Positions 49,892 through 62,063 are shown, counted from the stretch's first letter. The stretch is 64,000 nt of DNA from Novakomyces olei (GCA_016906335.1 JADEYG010000001.1:1426001-1490000); one strand, 5' to 3'. Translations and numbers: made by a program. The notes: generated by a model from the sequence alone, not told the origin.

Positions 49892-52800
49892 ATGTTTGCA
49901 CGCGCTTATTTGGAGGCAAGGACGAATTTGTATACATTGGGCGAGTATTTACAGCACGTTTTGCCATTACGCGTTTACTCGCTGCTTGTACAATATGGAG
50001 ATCCGCCAGCCTATCGCTGCTTGTTGCAGCAAATATTGGTGGCCATAGATTCACCTTTACCTGAGAATCTGCCAAAGGATACTGCACCAGGACACAATGC
50101 AGTTCCTCGTATACATGAGGTATGAGCTATTGAAGTAACTGCTTTCTGTGCAAGACAAATGATGTAAAAAGAATTCTGCAATGCCTATGGGTTTGGCACA
50201 ATGTGCACATAACCACTGCGGACCCCAATTCACTACATTCGATCTGATGTCGTCGCCAGTAGACAACAGTATAAATGTGTTTTATACTTATTTATTATTT
50301 TTAGTTTAGTTTGTCTTTTTCGTCTTGCTAACAATAAGGTCGTGCAAAGCATCATCTATCGTCTGGCACGTGATAAACGCGGCAGTACGAATGTTCTGAC
50401 CTTGGGTTATGAACCCGCATCAGACCGTGATTTATTGCAACAGCAGCAAGGTCTTTCCAGTTTTGGTCTGACTTGTCGGCATCCTAATAGCAATGTTACA
50501 CGGTTACTGGGTGATGAATGGGCGCTTCTTTTGAATAGGTATAAATACATGAATTCTGTAAACGCTGATCGTCTTACATGAACAGAACTGGCGAAGACTG
50601 TTTTATTCATTTATTGATGTCTCATTCATTGTTTTTACTCTGCGACAATGATAATGCTATTCAAATTGCAGGTACGCCGCTGCACTTTTGGAGCAATCGA
50701 AAACGCCCTGCTGAGACTGAGTTGCTAAACCCGCAAAGTCGTCGTCTTCATCAAAGCAGTACAAGATTGTTTCGTTCGTCAAATGAAATTACGTTTGTCC
50801 GCCAGAAACATTTTTATTCCCGGCCATTTGTTTCGAGTAGTGGAAATGTGCTTTTTGGTCTACGCCCTAACCGTACGTTTAAATTTGATCGAGAATTTTA
50901 TTTCTACACCATTATCTTATTCTTTTATTTTCTGTTTCCGCGTTTCTCGTTTGTCATATTCCTGCTTTTTCTAACAAAACGCATTAGACTGTCTCCAGCG
51001 CTTTGCGAATGCGAGCGAGAAGGATATCAGTACAGTATTGGCATATATATTCCCGGTCCAGTTTAAGCTGCATAACGTTTTTACAAGCCGTACGGACAAA
51101 CGATTAACAAATTTTCAATTTCAGGACTATACTTGTCGCGATGAGGAACTGCAAAAATTTATAGACCTTAATGGGCCATTACCCCGCGCATGCCCAAAAC
51201 GTCTGCTGCCAGGATCGACTGCTTGGCGGTTGGTGCACCAGCTTATTTGCAATCAGAAAAAAATTAATTATAAAACATTGATTGACCGGTTTTGCAGGTC
51301 CAAGGTGACTGGCTCCGTCCCAGTTGCTAACACCCGACGCATAAAATTCGATCGATACGCTATTGAAGACCAGAAAGTCACACTATTCTTCCAGTCTGTA
51401 TTGATAAAATTGATACCTCTACAATTTTTTGGTACTCGCCAAAATCAAAGACGATTTCTAGCTCATGCAAGCAAATTTGTGTTACTACGGAGGAATGAAA
51501 ATTTTAGTCTTCACAGTGTAACTCAGGGCATCAAGGTGAGTTTTGTGTCGGTTGGCTCGAGTGTCGCATTTCCACATTACCTGGAAGTGCCTGTTGTTTT
51601 CTATACCATTGTTTTCAATAATATTGAGTTTTTTTATTTATTGCCTTCTATAATCGCTACTTTCTGTTATTACTGCTTTAATTGTTTGTATGCGGAGTTT
51701 TTCAAGTTTTCAAAACAAGTTTTTCTCCATTATTTGTATTAACCAGTTATAGTTAAAAGGCATTCCCTGGCTGGCACCAGAAAACTTTAGCGGCTGCTTG
51801 TCAGACTGGATAAAAAGAGAGCAGTTGTTTCTCGAATTCTCGTATTTCGTTTATGATTCAATTATCCTGCAGTTACTGTCCAACAATTTTTATGTCACTG
51901 AATCAAATGCTCATAAAAACAGACTTCTGTTCTTCCGCCAGGATGACTGGAGAAAGCTGGCTCGGCCGATTATTTCCGACATAAAGGACGAAAGCTTCCA
52001 GGAACTAGACCCTGTGGTTGGACAGATCATGGAGCCGACACGTAAACTGGCGTATGCGAGTGCCAGACTGCTACCCAAGGCAGAGGGTGCGCGTTTGATT
52101 ATGAACTTGCAGCGTCGGCAGCTGGTTAGCCGTTCGAGTCGGATCTATCTGCCCGCTGCCAATACTACTCTGGCTCCGCTCTATAATGTCTTGAAATTCG
52201 AAAAAGGCCGGCATTTAGATGGCGTAGGCCCGCCCATATTCACAATCCCGGACAGGCACTTTGTGCGCACGCGTCTGGCTGCTTTGAAGGATCGGTATTT
52301 CCGTGGAGGCAAGGGCCCTAAATTGTACATGGTGAAGACGGATATTAGCAACTGTTTTGATTCTGTTGATCGGAACTCTGTCATGGACATTGCGTCGTCT
52401 ATTATTCGTGAGCACGAGTACACTTTGATCAAGTATACGCGTTTAACTTTCACCAAGACCGATATGTACCGCTACTACTCCACTCTTGCCTCTGCCTCCG
52501 ATGACTATGTGACCTTTGACGAAGTGGCCAGATCTCTACTCTGCAGTTACTTCCACACGATCTTGATTGACCAAGTGGCTTATCCAACAAAGACGGGCGG
52601 CAAGCTGCTGGAATTGCTACAGGAACATTTAAAGGACCACCTTGTAAAAATTGGTGGTAGAACATTTATACAAACCCACGGAATTCCACAGGGATCCAAG
52701 CTCTCTGTGCTTTTGTGCAACATGTTTCTGGAGAGGATGGAGCGCGAGCATCTCGCTTTTCTTGCACGGGAGGATACAGTACTGTTTAGACTTGTCGATG

Positions 52801-53829
52801 ATGGGCTTCTTGTCACGCTGGACAAGAGTGTTGCTGACAGGTACGTGCAAGTAATGCACGAAAAGCTGCATGGCTACGGGTGCAGTGTTAATCAGAGCAA
52901 AACCCTGCTTGTGAATTTTGATGCCAGAGTCAATGGGACAAGGCTGAATAGGCTCGAGGGCTCACGGTATATTATGTACTGTGGCAGTCTCATTAATATC
53001 GATAATCTCGAAGTTGTGCGCGCGGATCCTCAAGAACGGCAGATGGTTGCTGATAGTCTGTCTGTGGAATTCAATAAACGGCCAGGTGCCTTCCTGCGAA
53101 CAAAGTTGCTTAGGTATGTACCTGAGATTATAATTAAGATGGCAATAAGAATTGAATTAACTATTAAATAAAGTGACAATAACAATTAAAATGCCAACTA
53201 TAACTACAATAACAATAAGATCAAAAAAGCAGTTAAAATCAAAATAATAATTATCATCAAAATAACAATAATTACAATAGAAAGCTAATCGTTCAATATA
53301 GGATACTTCGATTGTACCTTCGCCCTCTTTATTATGGGACCTCATTCACTTTGAACAAGACCATGATAAAAAATCTGTACCAAGCATTTCTTTCAATTTC
53401 CCATCGGTATTCTCAGTCCGTTCTGAGTCTTGGACGGAAATGCTACCCGTCTTTACAATTTGCAATTGGTATTTTCATCATTTTGACCTTAACCTTTCTA
53501 ACTTTTTAGACCTTACTGAAGATCTCGCCGAGACTGCGTACTCACTGGCGTTTGCCAGACGCAGCCAGAACAATGGAGTAATTAATTTTTCTCGTCCAAC
53601 AATCAAATGGTAATAACTATGACGAATAAATATAGAATGAACGAATTTAGCTTACACTTTCAGGCTTTTGACTCGAGCCTTTTTGTCTTCGCTCTCCCGG
53701 CAAAGACGCCATTTGTCTGATATTTGTGATCACTTGGAATTGAAATACGCCCGATCGATACGGCCTAAAGAACGGTGTAAATTACAGGCAATCATTGGTG
53801 AAACTAAGAGTGATGCAAGACAGCCTTGA
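49892..53829 (+). CDS. TERT: Telomerase reverse transcriptase, 8 exons, about 1018 aa
   Basis: Exons 49892-50119, 50339-50538, 50586-50872, 50988-51535, 51753-53113, 53302-53468, 53510-53609, 53664-53829 join in frame; TEN (NVLTLGY, IQIAG.P), T motif FYVTE...RLLFFR..W, RLLPK, KTDI.NCFD, GIPQGS.LS, RLVDD, YCG. Confidence 0.96.
50154..50251 (+). ncRNA. Candidate intronic box C/D snoRNA guiding 5.8S rRNA Gm75-equivalent methylation (functional analogue of SNORD96)
   Basis: GACA stem (50154-57), C box ATGATGT (50159-65), guide GAATTCTGCAAT (50171-82), D'-like CCTA (50184-87), D box CTGA (50244-47), TGTC stem (50248-51); lies inside TERT intron 1. Confidence 0.68.
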
Positions 53830-53997
53830 CCATGCACATTGAGCATGAATTGCTGAAACGGATATTTAATTAATTGGTTGTTTATACCAATTGTTATCAA
53901 TTATATTATACGCGTCAAGAACTATTCTTGTTTTCACAGTTTTATTTAATGCTTTTGTCTATGCTATCGTTACAACCTTTCAAGGCAAACTGCTCAA

Positions 53998-56031
53998 TCA
54001 TTTCCTCGTGTCTGCGACGGACCGGGTCCATCGCTTGAAATCGTCGGTAGCGCGTGGGACTGCGCGACTGTTAAACACGCGTTGCAGTTCCAGCAAGTTC
54101 ACATCACAGGCCCATTTATCAAAATCACGCTGGGCTCTACCCGGATTATTTACAAAATTGTTTGAGCTTGTTGGCAGAATCAATCCGGCACCAACAAGTA
54201 CAGCAACGGCGTGCACAAACACGGAAAACGGCCAAAATTTTACGTGTCTTGTAAGCGTAGTTGTAGCTGTAGCCACAGCTGAGGCCATTGGCAGAGAAGC
54301 CATACTCGAAGACGAAGCTAAATTTGCCTCTGATACCATTCGTTTGTACTCAGAGTATAGCTGGGCAGTTGTAAATATCTTTGTATCACGTGCGCTAAGC
54401 CTAGCCCCGGCAACGACAGCCATTAATTCAACAAGGCTGAGCGACGAAAGTCGAGAGATTTGAGGGTCTGTCTCGGGCAGAGTGTCTGCGCCAATTTCTG
54501 ATTTCTTCATTACATTATTACGACGCCGGGGATGTCGCATAGTCTCGTTCAAGAGAAAGACGGGTTGCTCACTGCAAACGTCACTGTCTTGCCTTTGGCA
54601 GGCGTAAAAGTAGGGCAAAACAGAGGCAGCTAAAGCTTGTAGCGATCTATTAACACAGAAACACTTGTCTAGCAGGTTGCGGAAAGACGGTTTCAGCATT
54701 TGCGACTGATGTTAGTTTGAATAGAAATATTTGAATAAATGTATGAACATATGACTATATGAATGATAAACGAATAAACGAATAAAACATGAACATTCGA
54801 ATAATAAGTTGAATGTATCGACTGAAAGCTAAGATAATCTATCGCGATAACATGATTGAAAATAGTACTTTCATACCTTGATCCAGCTATTCCACTTGAT
54901 GATATCATCGTCACTAATATCTCGTCGATCTAATGAATGAGAATCAACAATTAACAAGCGTTCAGCCATGTCGACTAATTCCTCGCGACTGCAGCAAAGA
55001 CGCGTAGTGATTATTCGTTGGGAGAAGCGCGATTTCACCCGTTTTTCTAGACCTTGAATGCAATCCTAAAGAGACATGTTAGTAGGGGAGGGGTAGAGGA
55101 GAATGGATAACAATTTGAACCAGACATCAATTTAATTAAATTAAAGCAAAAAGATTTAAGCAAAAACAAATAGGAAAAGGCTTTAATCAGTCACAAGGCC
55201 ACTTACAATTCGTGAACTTATCCCAATTACGGCACTGGGAGCCTGCCGTGATTGGCAAATGTCAAAGAGGTTATAGAGAACAGTCTGCCTCGGGTGATCG
55301 ACAAACCTTTCAAATTTGTCCAGCACAAATACAACACTGACACTGGTATTCTCGCCTTCAGCGTCACCCCGGCTATCCAACACGTAAAGTAATCGAGAAA
55401 ACATATCGCTGAACGACAAGCGATTTTCCATTTCAGACAGATCCTCAAGGTCCACTGCGAGTTGCCGCGCAATCTCAACAAGAGCCGTCCGTGCGTCCGG
55501 CTGTACGCGTCCATCTAGTTTTACCAAAAAGAAAGGCTGGTTTTGATCAGTTTTGACGCTGTTGTATAGAGCATGCACAGCCTGGCTTACAAGCGTCGAC
55601 TTGCCACTGCCATTGGGCCCAACAACGAGTAGAGAATTGCTCTCTCCTTCATTCACAGTCTTTTCCAGTAATTCGTAGACGGCCTTGAACGCGCCTGCCG
55701 TGCCCACGAGATCGCGACATACAAGAGGCTTTCGAAAACAGAGAGATTCAAGAACATTGCGCTTTAAATTTGCAAACGCTTCATCCGTCATGTCTTGCAG
55801 AGTCACATTTTCTATAATTTTTTCTGGTTGTGGAGGCTTCAAAGCAGCAAATTCTGTTTGTAAATTGCGTCGAGCACTCGTGACATTGTCCGCCTCGTGC
55901 AGCACGGTATCGCTTTCGCGCCTTTGCCGTTTCACGCTTCTTTTTTGCTCTTCCAAGTTTTCCATATTCGCGTCCACATAAAACACCTGTTTATTCACAT
56001 CGTGCAAAGGATTTGGCGGCCGTTCGTTCAT
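53998..56031 (-). CDS. ORC4: Origin recognition complex subunit 4 (AAA+), 3 exons
   Basis: LLEKTV.EGESNS.L..GP.GSGKS; RQT.LYNLFD..QS; LEKRVKSRFS.R; LSLVEL winged-helix region. Confidence 0.92.
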
Positions 56032-56118
56032 AGTCGCTCTGCTGCGCGACTATAATGCGCGGACGCGAGACACGTTTCTTGCCTTATTGTCTCGCTCGCT
56101 TAGCGTTATTCGTTTTAT

Positions 56119-56610
56119 ATTGAACTTCTATTGGAACTAAATTGGAACTAAATTTGAACTAAATTGGAACTATATTATGACTGTATTATACTGGAACTAT
56201 GTTGGAACTTGTTATATTAGAACTTTATAATATTGGAAGTGTATTGGAACTAAATTTGAACTAAATTATGACTGTATTATACTGGAACTATGTTGGAACT
56301 ATGTTGGAACTATGTTGGAACTTTGTTATATTGAAACTTTATATTGGAAGTGTATTGGAAGTGTATTGGAAGTGTATTGGAAGTGTATTGGAAGTGTATT
56401 GGAAGTGTATTGGAAGTGTATTGGAAGAGCATTGGAACTATATTATATATTGGAATTGTATTGGAACTGTATTGGGACTGTTGGAACTGTTGGAACTATG
56501 TTAGAACTATGTTGGAACTATGTTGGAACCTCATAATATTGGAACTGTATTGAAATTGTATTGGAACCGTTGGAACTATGTTGGAACTATAATATAAATA
56601 TTGAACTGTA
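56119..56610. repeat. Degenerate TTGGAA-core minisatellite (10-11 bp units such as GTGTATTGGAA and CTATGTTGGAA) with a roughly 110-bp higher-order duplication
   Basis: Dozens of TTGGAA(C/G)T cores between divergent ORC4 and the TBC gene. Confidence 0.92.
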
Positions 56611-57005
56611 GTATATTGATCTGTATTATAATCTCGATAGAAATGTACTATAATTAATGTATACATCGGGCAAAGTGTTGCGTACTTTGTACGATTAAAT
56701 AGTATTTAATACGAATAAAATAAATGTATATTATTTCTTTACGGGTTGTCGAGCCACCTTTGGAGTCAGACGGGGCCGTGGGCATTGCGGTAACGCCAAT
56801 TTCCACGGCACAAGTGTGCATATATATGCTGAAACGTAGCAATTACCGGATTCTCTATCCGGAGCTGTTTGGTGCCTAATACGCAACTGCGGAAAAGATA
56901 TATTTTATAATTTTTTGTCTCTGGTTTTATTTTTCTGTGTAGTTGGCAAGTTCAGTGCTCTTCAAGTTTGAGCGAGTCTGCGGGCAAAGCTACCATCTGA
57001 GTCAA

Positions 57006-59115
57006 ATGGAAAACGTAAACAGTCTCAGGTTTGACGAATTGAATATTCAATCGCCCAGTGAAGGGCCGAGGCGCCGGTTTATGCGTCCAACATCAGCAGC
57101 AAATGCAACTCGCCCGAGCTATGAAGAAAGGCTGTCCACATTTGAGCACCGGCAAATGGTGGCAGCGACCCGGCAATTGCCCTCGCGGCGACCGCGGCTG
57201 CCAAATTCCTCACGATCGTCTCTCAGGTCAATGTCTTTCCGTGAGGACGAAAGCTTTTCTCTTCCAACAACACCGCTTGCGAATACAGGTGTCTATATGC
57301 AGCAAAGGCACCTGAAATCGGCAGAGGGTTTAACAAATCGGAGAAGGCTCCAATCACCCGTTTTTGATGATCTTTCAGACGACGAATGTGAAGTGCCAGA
57401 AGATTTAAGGTTTGCCAATGTGCCTCTGGGCACTCGATCTCTATCTGTTCGTACTGAATCTGATTCCTCCCGATCATCTACACTTTCCGCTGGGCATCGG
57501 AAACCTTCGCTCGAAACGGGGGCTAAAAATTACGATTCGGCCTTTAGCGATCTGGATATCGACGCGAAAGAATTGACAGAGCAACTAGATTCTTATGCGC
57601 GGACAAATGAAGGCCGTCGTGAATCTACTCGGAGCGAAGACTTAAGGCAGCGCTACCGATTGGACGCAAAATTAAAAATGGAAAGCCCTGACGGTACACT
57701 AGACTACTTGGGTATGAGCAAGGAAAAGGAAGCTGCTCTTTCTCGGACACGGCCAGCGTGGTTGCCGCCAAAGTCTCGTGGCGAGGAGAAGAAGCATTTA
57801 AAGGAGTATCAAAAGATGATGCGGGCTTCAATTGAAGCAGGTACTTTATACGGTCTTTCTCAGTTTATCACACTGGCTCTTTTGTTGCATATGGTTTCCT
57901 TACTAACGCCCAGAAAAAACAAAGCGTTCTTCCCAGATCAAAGCTGAGATGGAAAAGCAGTCTCATGACGCGCATGTGTTGAGGGAGTGGAGCCATGTCT
58001 TGGAAGATTATGACAAATTGTAAGTTGAATTAATTTTTTTTGGCCTCTAACGTTTTAGAATCAAGACGGCCGACTGTCGTGAATTATGGTGGAGTGGAAT
58101 ACCGTCCCAGCTACGCCCTCAAATATGGTATTTGTTCATTTACAATTTTCCTGCTATTCTATTTATAAATATTTCAATAATTAAACTTAAATACTTTTTG
58201 TCGTATACTCTTTTGCAAAAAATTGTTTAAACTTGACTAATAGAAAGGCCACGGGCTATCAAAAACATTCTTGCTCTAAACAGCAACACGTTTCAAATCG
58301 CTCTCACAAAGGCCAAAGAACACGAGCAAGTTATTGTCGGGTACGTGCCGTCGGGCGATGAAGAGCCCGAAATGCTGGCCCAGAACAATCGGATTAAGCA
58401 AAAATACACAAGGCTGCGGCGAGACGCAGGAAACACGTTGCCTTCGCTCGGTATCTTCTCGCCAAAGGGTCCTCTGCATGAAGCTCTTGTCGATTTGCTC
58501 TTGGCCTACGATTACTATCGGCAAGACATTGATTACTGCCCGCATATTCGGTACATTGCGGCGATGCTACTTGTTAATCTGGACAAAAGCCTCTCTTTTA
58601 TCTGCCTAGCCAATATAATGAATCATCCGTTTTTGCTCGCATTGCTAGCCGGTGATGCGTCTATGGTAAGAAGGCTTCTCTTTACATTTTAAAATTTTCT
58701 TCTTTTTCTTTTTATTTTGTAATGCCATTTATTTCGGTTTCGCTAATTCCTACAGTCAAACCGATATTGTTCAGTATTCGAAGAGGCCTTGCGGAAAAAA
58801 TGTCCCTCACTTGCAGCCCATTTTGAAGAAGTAATTCATCTCCCAGCTATCAAGTACGTGGAGCCAATAGTGCTTTCTCTCTTTGGAAAATATGCGTCTG
58901 TTGATATCGCTTCGCGTATTTTTGATGTATTTTTATTTGAAGGCGATACGTTTCTGGTTCGTGCCCTGTTGGGCTTGTTCATTAGCCTGGAATGGCGACT
59001 GTACGGTAGTATGGAAGATGTTCTTGCCACATTGTTACCCATAGAAGACAATTCATGGGATTTGGGCAACGAAGATCATTTTATGCAAATTGTCAGGGAC
59101 GCAGGGCGTTTCTAG
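57006..59115 (+). CDS. TBC-domain protein (TBC1D12/14-like), multi-exon
   Basis: SRTRPAWLPPKS..EEKKHLKEYQKMM; ELWWSGIP..LRPQIW; GPLHE.L.DLL.AY; ASRIFDVFLFEGD.FL.R. Confidence 0.85.
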
Positions 59116-59490
59116 GGTTGAGTGCCGATGTGTGATACTATACCTATTTTGTTTTAATGCGTTTTGTGTCGCATTCATTTTGCGCGACAGTCTGTCATTG
59201 TTACAAGTTGCATAAGCATTTGCATTGTTTAAGAAAAGAATCGTTGGTGCATTTATATTTGTTTTGAATATTTAAAGAGTCTACAATATATGTATATTAT
59301 TAGAAAAGGTTTGATTTGTTCAATAAGTTGGTCGAGAACCTATGCTGATATCAAATCATGCTGAGCAAATAGTGTTAATTCATGTCTGTTCATATCATCC
59401 TATAATCTTGGGTATACAAAATGGCTGACCCGCTGATGTTATCCAAAGCATGAATGATTTCCGATTCAAGTCTAATGCTTTTTGCGTCCT

Positions 59491-60101
59491 CTATAAAGAA
59501 AGAACAATCTGGCCATTTTTGTCCTTTTGCACCTTTAAACGTTTAATGACAGCCTTTTTGAATACTTTTGGGTCGCTCGACGAAGAAACTTTCTCGAGCA
59601 CGTCCCTGAAGCTTTCGATTTCAGTTCCAATTTGAGCCAGAAACACAGCAGCAGGTGACGTGTCTTTTAATGCCTTTTTTGTTATATTGCTGTCTTTTTG
59701 CGCCGTATTTTTTTGCTTCTTATTAGACGAAGCCTTTTTCTCGTCCCCCTTTTCGGCATTAGCGCCAGGCTCTTTTGGCTCTAACCCTTTTACCTCTGGT
59801 ATTCCATTCGCCTGTCCATTTGCTTGGTGATTCGTTTGATCATGCGAAATTTTCTGCTTTTTCGCTGGTTTATAAAGGCTCTTTTGGTATCGTTCTGCCT
59901 CACTCACACATGAAGTATGGCTTCGATATTCGACACCAGGAAAAGTCGAATTGCAATCGAGGCATGTAAAATAGGCACCCCGGCAACGTCCCTTATGTTG
60001 GTCAAGCTTCGGCTTTTTTACTGTGTCCTGACACACTGGATCCTGTTAGACTGAAACACTGCAATTGAAGACTGCCTACCCTCACAACAAAACGAAACCA
60101 T
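59491..60101 (-). CDS. LYAR-type C2HC zinc-finger nucleolar protein (YCR087C-A-like), 2 exons
   Basis: MVSFCCE|.CQDTVKKPKLDQH..RC....FTCLDC..F....YRSHTSCVSEAERYQK. Confidence 0.92.
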
Positions 60102-60807
60102 TTGTAGTCTGTTTTTTTTTTTTTTTTGAAACCTCACGTGAAAATGTCTAGACAATTTTTCTTTATAAATTCAAAATCATATATGCATTTCTCGTATATG
60201 ATGGGTTTTATTTATTCATTTATTACTCTTATTTATATATATTTTTTTTTTCAATTTATTTATTTTTTATATATATTAAAAAGATAAGCTTATGATATTT
60301 ACTTATCTAACTATAGGGACAGCGCATACTTGGAAAGGGTTCGCAAATAATAGCATTCCCTGACTACCGCATAATACTTGCCCTTTATTGCTGAACTAGG
60401 CTAGTAAATTAATGTTTCAAAACTCATTGTCATTCTAAAACATTATGTTTCTCACACTAGAACAAGTTAATGCTGCATGAGGCTTCTCTATCAATAATGG
60501 TGGTACATGGACAAAATTGATAACGTAAATGAATCAATTGTCAAATATTCTTTGTCTATTACTATACTGCAATCTGCTAACATTCTGCAATTTGAAGAAC
60601 TGCTCCCCTGAAAAGGTATTTTATATCTTAATCGTTGTAATCACGATTTGAACCAATGTATAATGCCATTAGTCAAAACAGCATATCACGAAGACGAGCG
60701 CTTGTGTAAAAAAAACACTTAAAAACGTAATTTAAAACAAAATAAGAGCATCCCGGACACCCTTACGGATAACAAACAAAACACAACATGTATGGCGCCA
60801 TTAACAT

Positions 60808-61765
60808 CTATGAGTGGCCTTTTGCAGAATGATCCTCCTTGCCTCTTTCGCCTTCTTCGCCTTCTTCGCATCCACATTGATAATCCTCTATTATTTTGGA
60901 GCAATCATAGGCCGGCTTGTGTAATCGCTCATTTACAACATTATGCACGTGGCAGCTCCAACCAGCGGCTGCATCACGCGAGCTAATTTGCGGAGGATAC
61001 TGCTTTAAAATCTTCTGGAAATGCGATGCACTACGCAATTAGTAACATAAGGCATTTCACGACAAAGTCAGTGAATAAACTTTACCATTCGCCACTAAGC
61101 AAGTTAGTATTTTTAAAAGGATACGAAATACGGACAAAGCAATTTTGTAACATCATACCAAGGATAAAGTCGAGAAAACAGATGAATAAACTGCTTTAAA
61201 GTCTCCTGCTCGTCGGGTGAAGGGCCTTTTCTTAGTGAATAGGAATTAGAATATAAAATTACGTTTTGGATATCTCGCCATCATTGTATGGAAAAACTAG
61301 ATATTAGTAAGAAGATAAATGACAAAATTTAAAGGGCTTTAGTCTACCTTCCATGTTGCCCGGCCAAGCTCTGCTCTGCGAATGATTAGCTGCATTTAAT
61401 TATAAGAAATCGGACTTTTGTGTTTCGTTGCCAAGTCGCGGCATGATCGTGATTTCGCTGATCGGATCAACCTCAGCTGCTAATCCACCACTGTTTTCTT
61501 GGTCGGATCTAAGCAGTGGATCTTGGTCAGATTGAAGTAGTGGAGGCTCTATCGCCGGCTCAACTAGATACTCTGGCTCCGTCTTGGCTTTTTGTCGTGG
61601 AGAACCAACGAATGTATCGAGCTCTGCTTTATCTCCAATTGTAGATGAGGCAAAGTCGTCAGATGCCCTAGGTAGAACATTGTTATGATATTGATGTTTG
61701 AACAAAAATACAAGACAGAAGACAGCTGCCGCCACAAAGACAAGTGAACGGCTGCGGCCTGCCAT
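60808..61765 (-). CDS. ERV2: FAD-linked sulfhydryl oxidase Erv2, about 6 exons
   Basis: N-terminal TM; IMPRLGNET.K|AELGRATWK|FFHTMMARYP; LYPC|GEC|ASHF; W.C.VHNVVNERL.KP.YDC; C-terminal CGC tail. Confidence 0.92.
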
Positions 61766-61812
61766 TAGACTAATGTCGTGACTAGTTGAATTTCCGCGAG
61801 ATTTCAAAACAA

Positions 61813-62063
61813 TTTATATTTATATTTATATTTATATTTATATTTATATTTATATTTATATTTATATTTATATTTATATTTATATTTATATTTATATTTA
61901 TATTTATATTTATATTTATATTTATATTTATATTTATATTTATATTTATATTTATATTTATATTTATATTTATATTTATATTTATATTTATATTTATATT
62001 TATATTTATATTTATATTTATATTTATATTTATATTTATATTTATATTTATATTTATATTTAT
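61813..62063. repeat. (TTTATA)n hexamer microsatellite of about 250 bp immediately upstream of ERV2
   Basis: Direct perfect array. Confidence 0.98.

Noticed and set aside
51798-53171. Reverse transcriptase ORF as a retroelement
   Set aside because: The T motif, TEN domain and spliceosomal introns identify it as cellular TERT; no gag, endonuclease or LTRs
56340-56425. Regular repeats as a CRISPR array
   Set aside because: Eukaryotic DNA, tandem units with no unique spacers, no cas genes
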